Assembly (NCBI GenBank): GCA_050246755.1
Contig: JBFWVL010000001.1
Span: 1,600,001-1,664,000 of the forward strand
Direction of reading: 5' to 3'
Length of the DNA stretch: 64,000 bases
Source of the DNA: Bacteriovoracia bacterium
GTDB taxonomy: Bacteria > Bdellovibrionota > UBA1018 > CAIPTA01
Below, piece by piece: positions 8,895 through 15,528 of the stretch. The notes beneath the pieces are model-generated. The model was given only the letters and a program-made list of their open reading frames with translations, was not told where the DNA came from and did no database searches. Both the position numbers and the translations under genes were made by a program. Positions within the stretch are counted from its first letter, which is position 1. Every line of letters starts with the position of its first letter.

Positions 8895-9072
8895 CAGGTG
8901 CACGATTCTAGGATGGAATCATGTGGAACTCACGCAGGAAACAGGAAAAAGCTTCGTTTGCCATGGATGGCGTTCAAGAATTTCTAGTTTTGAGTTTCCG
9001 ATCGCAAGGATGCGAACTGCACCTCGGAGCAGGGAGACCCCGGAAGAATGGGTCTCCCCGCTTCTTTATTTT
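8895..9072 (+). ncRNA. candidate CsrA-binding (Csr/Rsm-like) sRNA or attenuator leader
   Basis: 10 GGA in about 135 nt, three in hairpin loops; closing stem AGGTGCA/TGCACCT; promoter upstream and terminator downstream. Confidence 0.65.
9026..9072 (+). terminator. intrinsic terminator just upstream of flgJ
   Basis: GGAGC-A-GGGAGACCC-loop-GGGTCTCCC-C-GCTTC followed by TTTATTTT. Confidence 0.7.
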
Positions 9073-9086
9073 AGAAGGGATTGCGC

Positions 9087-9446
9087 ATGAAAATCGATAG
9101 CCCGCGCCTCCCGGCTCCACCTCAACCCGTTGATCCCGAATCTCTCAGTAAAGATCATCCGCTCTGGCAAGCCGCGCAGGGAATGGAAGCGAACTTTATG
9201 AAAGAGATGGTACGCAATATGCGTAAGACCGTGCAGGAAAGCCCGGAGATGGAAAATAGCCGGGGGTATCAGATTTTTCGCGGCATGCTCGACGACCAGT
9301 ACGCCGAGACCGCGGTGAAAACTCAGGGCATCGGATTGGCCGAGCTTATCGTGCGCCAGGTATTGGAGATGCAAGAGAATGCCCGGGCTGCCAGCGCTCC
9401 GGTTCCGGTGAGAGAAGTAAATAAAAGTGATGTTCTCAAGAAATAA
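9087..9446 (+). CDS. flgJ: short rod-binding protein FlgJ (no muramidase domain)
   Basis: AAQGMEANFMKEMVRNMRKTV...FRGMLDDQYA...GIGLAELIVRQ. Confidence 0.9.
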   Translation: MKIDSPRLPAPPQPVDPESLSKDHPLWQAAQGMEANFMKEMVRNMRKTVQESPEMENSRGYQIFRGMLDDQYAETAVKTQGIGLAELIVRQVLEMQENARAASAPVPVREVNKSDVLKK

Positions 9447-9537
9447 AGATTCAAGGCATTTTGGCAGGACGTGTTAAGATTGAGTTATGAGGTAAACTCT
9501 CGGTAAGCGAGGGTACAAGGTTCAGGAAGGACAACTC

Positions 9538-9864
9538 ATGAAGGTAAATAATCATAAAGATTCCGTAGAGCTCTCGCAGCTCTCTCGTTCCAAAAAAGGC
9601 GAAAAAGCCGGAGCAGCGAAGGCCCAAGAAGGCGGCGCCGATTCTCTCGCGAGCGCAATCGCTCCTGGATCCACGGCTAACGTGGAAATTTCCAGCGAAG
9701 CGAAAACGCTTTCCGCCGCGAACCAAGCCGCCCGCGCCGGCGGCGTAGACCAGGAAAAAATTGATCGCATCAAAGCAGCGATCAACGGTGGAACCTACAA
9801 GCCCGACTTCGGGAAAGTTGCAGATAAAATGATTAACGAGACCGTGCTCCAGGATCTCTCGTAA
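9538..9864 (+). CDS. flgM: anti-sigma28 factor FlgM
   Basis: VEISSEAK...DQEKIDRIKAAINGGTYKPD...VADKM. Confidence 0.92.
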   Translation: MKVNNHKDSVELSQLSRSKKGEKAGAAKAQEGGADSLASAIAPGSTANVEISSEAKTLSAANQAARAGGVDQEKIDRIKAAINGGTYKPDFGKVADKMINETVLQDLS

Positions 9865-9910
9865 CCGAGAGTTTTTCCGGGGCTCTCGTCATGGATGATG
9901 AGGGACGACC

Positions 9911-10432
9911 ATGGATGGCCTAGCTCCAGATCTAGAGGAACTTACTAAGAACCTCAAGCACCAGCTCACGCTGTACCGCCAGCTCGTGGATTTGCTGCGC
10001 AGCGAGCGCGAGCATATCGTGGCCGTTCGCCTAAAAGAGATTCGCGAATCCACTTATTCCAAAGAAGCCCTGCTCGATGAAGTGCACCGCGAAGAGTTTC
10101 GCCGCATGCGCTGGGTGAAGCAGGCGTCCACCTTTCTCGGCCTTTCCGAAAAAGAAATCACCATGGAGATGGTGGCTTCGAAAATCGGCGGCCCCGAGCA
10201 GTACGAGTCGATGTTCAGCCTGAAGCAAGCCCTTCTGCACATGGTGAAGAAGGCGCGCGACATGAATCACGACAATCAGCAGCTCGTGACCACCGCTCTC
10301 AAGGACGCGCAGCTCCTGAAGCGCAATATTTTGGGCCTCTCTTCGGACCAGCCGCAAGTCTATGGTCCCAAGGGCAGCATCGGATCGGCCGTGCGCGATC
10401 AAAGCGCCCGTTTCGTGAATAAGGAACTCTAG
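9911..10432 (+). CDS. flgN: flagellar export chaperone FlgN
   Basis: helical protein between flgM and flgK with C-terminal YGPKG motif. Confidence 0.85.
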   Translation: MDGLAPDLEELTKNLKHQLTLYRQLVDLLRSEREHIVAVRLKEIRESTYSKEALLDEVHREEFRRMRWVKQASTFLGLSEKEITMEMVASKIGGPEQYESMFSLKQALLHMVKKARDMNHDNQQLVTTALKDAQLLKRNILGLSSDQPQVYGPKGSIGSAVRDQSARFVNKEL

Positions 10433-11857
10433 ATGGGCAGTACCGTAAACATGTTCAATATTGGGAAGAGTGGCCTCATGGTCACCAAGCAGGCGTTGAC
10501 CACGACCTCCCATAATATCGCGAACGTGAATACGGAAGGCTACTCGCGACAAAACGTGGAACAAGGCTCTGCCCCTCCCACCACGAATGGGCGCCTTACG
10601 ATCGGCCAAGGAGCCTTCGCTAAAAAAGTTACCCGCGTCAGCGACGAGTACCTCGAGAAACGCATCCAGAGCGAACATAAGAACTTTGCCAATATGGAGG
10701 AAAAAGACGTTTACCTCCAGCAAACCGAGCAGATCTTCAATGAGTCGAATAACGATGGCTTGAATCGCCTCGCCACCCGCTTCTTCAACGAGTTCCGCCA
10801 GCTTTCCACGGATCCTTCCAATCCTGCGATCCGCGCGGCTGTGCGTGAGTCCAGTAGCCAGCTCTCTTCCGACATCAACCGCATGGACCGGGAGCTAAAA
10901 GAAGTTTCCCACAATATCGACGCTCGCCTTGAAGGCTACGTGCGCGAAGTGAACTCGCTGGCCCGCGAAGTGCGCGACCTCAATCTCTTGATCCAGAAGT
11001 CCGAGCTCGGCGGCGGCGAAGCTCCCGATCTTCACGACAAGCAAGATCTCGCGCTGAAAAAACTCGGCGCCCTCGCAGATATTTCTACCAGCAAAGACAA
11101 TAATGGGCGCGTGACGGTTACGCTCGCCGGCCAAGTGGCGATCGTGGCGGGCGAGATGGTGAAGGAGCTCGAAACGAGCCGCACGCCCGCGGATCCCGCC
11201 AGCGGCAAGCCCGAGGGCGCCATGGACATTTTCATCAGCGATCCGGTGCCCGCGAAAATGACCGGCTTTCTCAAGACCGGCCGCCTGGGAGGATTGCTCG
11301 AGGTGCGCGATAAGGATATCGGCGCCGCCCAGGACCGCATCAATACCATCGCCTTTACCATGGCGAACGAAGTGAACAATTTGCACCGTCAGGGCTTCGG
11401 CCTCGATGGCGCCGGTAACCGAAACTTCTTTGCGCAGCCGCTCAATAAAGAATCCGCGGCCGCCACGCTCAAAATCAGTGCCGATATCGCCGACAATCTC
11501 GACGCCATCGCCGCCGCCAAGGATCCTGCCGGGCAGAGCGACAACCGCATGGCAGTGGCCCTCTCCGGGCTGGGCGATCTCAAGGGCGTGATGGGCGATC
11601 AGAATTCGTCGATTCTCGATTCCTATAACTCGATGGTGTCGGAACTCGCGGTAAAGACCGGAGCCACGAAGCGTGGCCTCGTCTTCCAGAAAGACGTCCT
11701 CTCCCAGCTCGAGAACGTGCGTGAGTCTCTGGTGGGAGTGAACCTCGATGAGGAAACTGCGAACCTAATTAGGTTCCAGCACGCGTATGCGGCGAGCGCG
11801 AAGGTGATGTCGGTGGCCGACGAAACGCTGCAAAGCGTTTTGAATATGTTTAAGTAA
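10433..11857 (+). CDS. flgK: hook-associated protein FlgK
   Basis: TSHNIANVNTEGYSRQ; GVNLDEETANLIRFQHAYAASAKV. Confidence 0.96.
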   Translation: MGSTVNMFNIGKSGLMVTKQALTTTSHNIANVNTEGYSRQNVEQGSAPPTTNGRLTIGQGAFAKKVTRVSDEYLEKRIQSEHKNFANMEEKDVYLQQTEQIFNESNNDGLNRLATRFFNEFRQLSTDPSNPAIRAAVRESSSQLSSDINRMDRELKEVSHNIDARLEGYVREVNSLAREVRDLNLLIQKSELGGGEAPDLHDKQDLALKKLGALADISTSKDNNGRVTVTLAGQVAIVAGEMVKELETSRTPADPASGKPEGAMDIFISDPVPAKMTGFLKTGRLGGLLEVRDKDIGAAQDRINTIAFTMANEVNNLHRQGFGLDGAGNRNFFAQPLNKESAAATLKISADIADNLDAIAAAKDPAGQSDNRMAVALSGLGDLKGVMGDQNSSILDSYNSMVSELAVKTGATKRGLVFQKDVLSQLENVRESLVGVNLDEETANLIRFQHAYAASAKVMSVADETLQSVLNMFK

Positions 11858-11873
11858 ACGGGGGCTCTGAGCG

Positions 11874-12857
11874 ATGAGAGTGGGCGAAAACACAACTTTG
11901 AACACCGTGCGGGATAGCCTGAACCGCTCGCGCTTGCGCATGAATGATTTGCAAAAAGAGAACTCCACGCTCAAGCGCGTGAATGCTCCTCACGACGATC
12001 CCGTGGGCAACGCGAAATTAATGTCGATCCGCAATGAGCAGCTCGATAATACCGAGTTCGAGCGCAATGCCAACCTCGCCAAAACTTTTCTTAATTATAC
12101 CGACTCCTCCCTTGAGGAAGTGACCAACCTGCTCGTGCGCGCCAAAGAGCTCGCGCTGGGGCAGGCCAGCTCCGCGGCGAATGGCGCTGAATCGCGCGCG
12201 ATGGTGGCCGAAGAGATCAAAAATATTCAGGCGGAAATCAGCTCGATCGCTAACCGCCGCCTCGGCGACCGCTTTATCTTTTCGGGCTATCGCACCGCCA
12301 CCACCCCTTTCGACGAAAGCGGCAACTACGCCGGCGACGACGGAAAGATCATGGTGGAAGTGCAAAAGGATGTATTCGTGGGAATGAACGTGCCCGGCCG
12401 CGAGATTTTCCTCGGCGCCGCTAAGGCTCCCGCGAGCCGTGATCCGGCCAGCATGGAGCTCCAGGCTGAACAGACCACCCAGGGGCCAGAAATGGCTACT
12501 AAGCAGAAAGCCGAGCGCCCGAACGAAGATATTTTTCGTACTTTAGACGCCCTCCGCGTGGGCCTGATGACGAACGATGTGGACGGCATCCGTGCCACTC
12601 TCGAGCCTCTTGATCAGGTACGTGACCGCGTGATCACCACCCGGGCCCAAGTGGGCGCCCGGATGTCCGGAATCGATTCTGCCCTCTCAAATATGGGCAA
12701 ACGTGGCGTATTCAACGCGGAGCTTCAGTCGAATATCGAAGACGCCGACATCATCCAAGTAGTGTCTGATATGGCACGAGAAGAGAGCGTTTTGCGGGCC
12801 AGCCTGCAGGCCTCTAATAAGCTCATCCAGCCCACGCTCTTAGACTTTTTGCGCTAG
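11874..12857 (+). CDS. flgL: hook-associated protein FlgL
   Basis: HDDPVG, RFIFSGYRT...PF, QPTLLDFLR. Confidence 0.95.
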   Translation: MRVGENTTLNTVRDSLNRSRLRMNDLQKENSTLKRVNAPHDDPVGNAKLMSIRNEQLDNTEFERNANLAKTFLNYTDSSLEEVTNLLVRAKELALGQASSAANGAESRAMVAEEIKNIQAEISSIANRRLGDRFIFSGYRTATTPFDESGNYAGDDGKIMVEVQKDVFVGMNVPGREIFLGAAKAPASRDPASMELQAEQTTQGPEMATKQKAERPNEDIFRTLDALRVGLMTNDVDGIRATLEPLDQVRDRVITTRAQVGARMSGIDSALSNMGKRGVFNAELQSNIEDADIIQVVSDMAREESVLRASLQASNKLIQPTLLDFLR

Positions 12858-12943
12858 GGCCATTGCTACAACCTCTGAAATCGGTTATTCACACCCTCAC
12901 TTAGGGACAGAGTCCCTCATAGGGATATGAGAGGTTTTGCAGT

Positions 12944-13204
12944 ATGCTAGTTTTGACCAGGAAACTCGGCGAATCTATCGCCATCGACGATCACATCAAA
13001 ATCATGGTCGTTCAGATCAAGGGTAAGCAAGTCCGTTTGGGCATTCAGGCTCCCAAAGAGACTAAAATTCACCGCCAAGAAGTCTACGAAGCTATTCAGA
13101 CGTCTAATAAAGAAGCTGCGGCTTCCTCCCCCAAATCCGTGAGCCAAGTAGCCGAAATGATGAAACGTGGCGGCTCCTCCGAAAACGACGGAAAAAATTC
13201 CTAA
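12944..13204 (+). CDS. csrA: carbon storage regulator CsrA
   Basis: MLVLTRKLGESIAI...VRLGIQAPKETKIHRQEVY, with the C-terminal extension typical of FliW-partnered CsrA. Confidence 0.97.
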   Translation: MLVLTRKLGESIAIDDHIKIMVVQIKGKQVRLGIQAPKETKIHRQEVYEAIQTSNKEAAASSPKSVSQVAEMMKRGGSSENDGKNS

Positions 13205-13275
13205 GTTATTGTGCAATCTGCCACGGCAGGCTTACAATAAATAAGGTGACCCGCTGTGGAGCGTTGGGGGAATAA

Positions 13276-13827
13276 ATGAAAGTAAATACAAGCCGTTTTG
13301 GTGCCGTTGAAGTTGCTGATTCCGACATTATGGAATTTGCCGATGGCTTGCTCGGATTCGAGCAGTTGCAACGATTCTTCATCGTAGATCCCGCGGATGA
13401 AACTCTCATCCTATGGCTGCAGTCGATGGATTCGCCCGATGTGGCGTTCCCGATTCTCGAGCCGAGGCTCTTCAAGGCTGACTACAAAGTGCGGCTCTCG
13501 GCGAATGAGCTGCGCTCCCTGAAAATCGATTCCACCAAGAATAAAGACACCCTGGTGTACTGCATTCTCACCATTCCTGCCGATGTGATCTCGATGAGCG
13601 CGAACCTTAAGGCGCCGATCGTGATCAATACCGGAAGCCGCATGGCCCGCCAAGTGGTTCTGCAGGAGAATGAATACTCGGTGAAATTCCCGATCTACAA
13701 AGAGCTCCTTGCGGTGATGATGTCGGCTGGCGGCTCGGTGGCGAAAAAAGAGAAAACGCAAGACCTGCCGGTTTCGGCGCTCTCGCTGCGGGATACTTCT
13801 TCCCAAGTGGAAGTTTCGGCTCTTTAA
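13276..13827 (+). CDS. fliW: flagellar assembly factor FliW (CsrA antagonist)
   Basis: TSRFG, GLLGFE, WLQS, SANLKAPIVIN. Confidence 0.95.
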   Translation: MKVNTSRFGAVEVADSDIMEFADGLLGFEQLQRFFIVDPADETLILWLQSMDSPDVAFPILEPRLFKADYKVRLSANELRSLKIDSTKNKDTLVYCILTIPADVISMSANLKAPIVINTGSRMARQVVLQENEYSVKFPIYKELLAVMMSAGGSVAKKEKTQDLPVSALSLRDTSSQVEVSAL

Positions 13828-13845
13828 GGGAAGTCTGCTGAATCC

Positions 13846-13880
13846 AAAGAGGGGATGGCGAAAGCCGTCCCTTTTTTATT
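13846..13880. terminator. bidirectional terminator between fliW and TPR gene
   Basis: GGGATGGC-GAAA-GCCGTCCC with A/T flanks. Confidence 0.8.
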
Positions 13881-14584
13881 TAGAGCGAGCTCTCGGTGGA
13901 TTGCCGGGTCATGTCCAAATACATCTTCACTTGGCGATTGGCGGGGTCTTTCATCTGCGCCTCCTGCAATTCGATCTGCGCATCCACCACATTGCCGAGC
14001 GCATGATAGAGCAGGGCGAGATGCACGCGCGCGTTCACGTGGTCGGGATTTTCGCGCACGAGATTTTCCAATTCTTGCTGAGCGAGCTTCATTTGCCCGC
14101 GCTGTCCGTGAGTTTTCGCCAACAGAATGCGGGCCTCGATATTCTCGGGGTCTACGCGGCCGGCTTTGAGGAATTCGTTGGCGGCTTCATCGAAGCGCTG
14201 GAGCTTACGGTAGAGGTTGCCGAGCTCGAGGTGTTTGGCGGAGATTTCTTTGCCGAGCATGATGCTCGGGGTGGGGCCGCCTGATTTGCGGTGCGCGCTT
14301 TTTTCCGCCTGCGCGAAAACCTGTGCGCCTTCTTGGTAGTGGCCGGTATCATTGTAGATCACGGAGAGGCTGATCGCGGCATCGGTGAAGTGGGGGTCGA
14401 GCTGGAGCGCGCGTTTGAAGCGGTCCACGGCTTCGCCAAGGCGATTTTCCCGGTGAAAAATCGTGCCGAGCACGTACTGGGTTTCAGCGGTGGCCGCGCC
14501 GGCAGAATCAATATCCAGCAGGAGATCCTTGGCGGCTTCCGAATGGCCTTGCGCAAGGAGGCGTTTGGCGTCGTCTAAATTCAT
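13880..14584 (-). CDS. tetratricopeptide repeat protein
   Basis: repeated TPR patterns (LG.I...G.A...F.RAL.LDP); overlaps bamD stop. Confidence 0.85.
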   Translation of the reverse strand: MNLDDAKRLLAQGHSEAAKDLLLDIDSAGAATAETQYVLGTIFHRENRLGEAVDRFKRALQLDPHFTDAAISLSVIYNDTGHYQEGAQVFAQAEKSAHRKSGGPTPSIMLGKEISAKHLELGNLYRKLQRFDEAANEFLKAGRVDPENIEARILLAKTHGQRGQMKLAQQELENLVRENPDHVNARVHLALLYHALGNVVDAQIELQEAQMKDPANRQVKMYLDMTRQSTESSL

Positions 14585-15372
14585 TTCGTCTCTTCCTGGG
14601 TGCCGAGGCCAGCGATGATTTTTTTCCTGAGGGTCTTGCGATCGTTTTCGTCTTTCGGAAATTCTTTTTCGAGGCGATCCAGGGCTTGCTCAGCTTTGCC
14701 GTAGTCACCGGTGCGCTCATAAGAATAAGCCAAGCGGTACAGGGACTTTTCGGGGGTGCCCAGATCCGGATACTGAGTAAGCAAGTAGAGGTAGCGGCCG
14801 GCGGCGGCTTGATAGAGCTCGCGCTTAAAGTAGAAGTCGCCCACGTAGGTTTCTTTTTCCGCCAATTTCCCGCGCAGCTCGAGGATGCGTTTCTCGGCAT
14901 CTCCTCGCTGGGGGGCAGCCGGATATTCCGAAATTAGCTGTGAGAAAGCCTCGATCGCGCTCTGGGCGGGGTCGAGGTCCCGGTCGGTCGTAGAGGGCAT
15001 CTGGTTATAGAAAGATTCGCCGATGCGGTAGAGCGCGTAGGCCGCAAATTCATGCTTTGGGTAAAGTTCGCGGAAAATTTTATAGGCGGCGGCGGCCTCG
15101 AGGTAGGCCTCGTCTTTGAAGTGAGTGTCGCCAATTTTGAGGGTGGCGAGAGCGGCGTACTTGCTATAGGGGTAGCGGCTCTTCAGGATGCGGAAGCGCT
15201 CCACGGCCTCGAGGTAGCGGTCCTTGCTTAGGAGGCGCTCCCCTTCGGCGTATTGCACCTCCGGAGGGCTATCATTATCTAGGGTGGTGCTGCTGCAGCC
15301 GATGATCAAAACGTAGACAGCTACCAGGTAAAACCAAGGTAAAAATTTAGCGTACACGGTAGCGGGTCGCAT
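14581..15372 (-). CDS. bamD: outer membrane assembly lipoprotein BamD
   Basis: lipobox IIGC, YPYSKYA, DRDLDPAQSA, LAEKETYVGDFYFKR..YQAAAGRY. Confidence 0.92.
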   Translation of the reverse strand: MRPATVYAKFLPWFYLVAVYVLIIGCSSTTLDNDSPPEVQYAEGERLLSKDRYLEAVERFRILKSRYPYSKYAALATLKIGDTHFKDEAYLEAAAAYKIFRELYPKHEFAAYALYRIGESFYNQMPSTTDRDLDPAQSAIEAFSQLISEYPAAPQRGDAEKRILELRGKLAEKETYVGDFYFKRELYQAAAGRYLYLLTQYPDLGTPEKSLYRLAYSYERTGDYGKAEQALDRLEKEFPKDENDRKTLRKKIIAGLGTQEETK

Positions 15373-15452
15373 GTTTTTCTCTTTCCAATTGAAGCCTTAC
15401 CTTACGCAAGGAGGCTTGGGGGCGTCAATCGAAACTCAATAGTTGAGTAGTA

Positions 15453-15481
15453 TTGACGGAAATTGGCCAATGGCGTATCCT
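15453..15481 (+). promoter_or_regulatory. sigma70-type promoter of vWA-FN3 gene
   Basis: TTGACG-N17-TATCCT. Confidence 0.55.
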
Positions 15482-15528
15482 GATAGTTAAGGATTACTAA
15501 CAGAGTGTTCCGGGCTTAAGGAGTCTTT

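Noticed and set aside
8860-9090. 76-aa ORF filling the flgI-flgJ gap
   Set aside because: TTG start without SD, no recognisable protein features, and it runs across a promoter and terminator; the RNA interpretation fits better.
9447-9537. Sigma28 or sigma54 promoter for flgM
   Set aside because: TTGGCA lacks the -12 GC at the right spacing and no GCCGATAA-like box is present.
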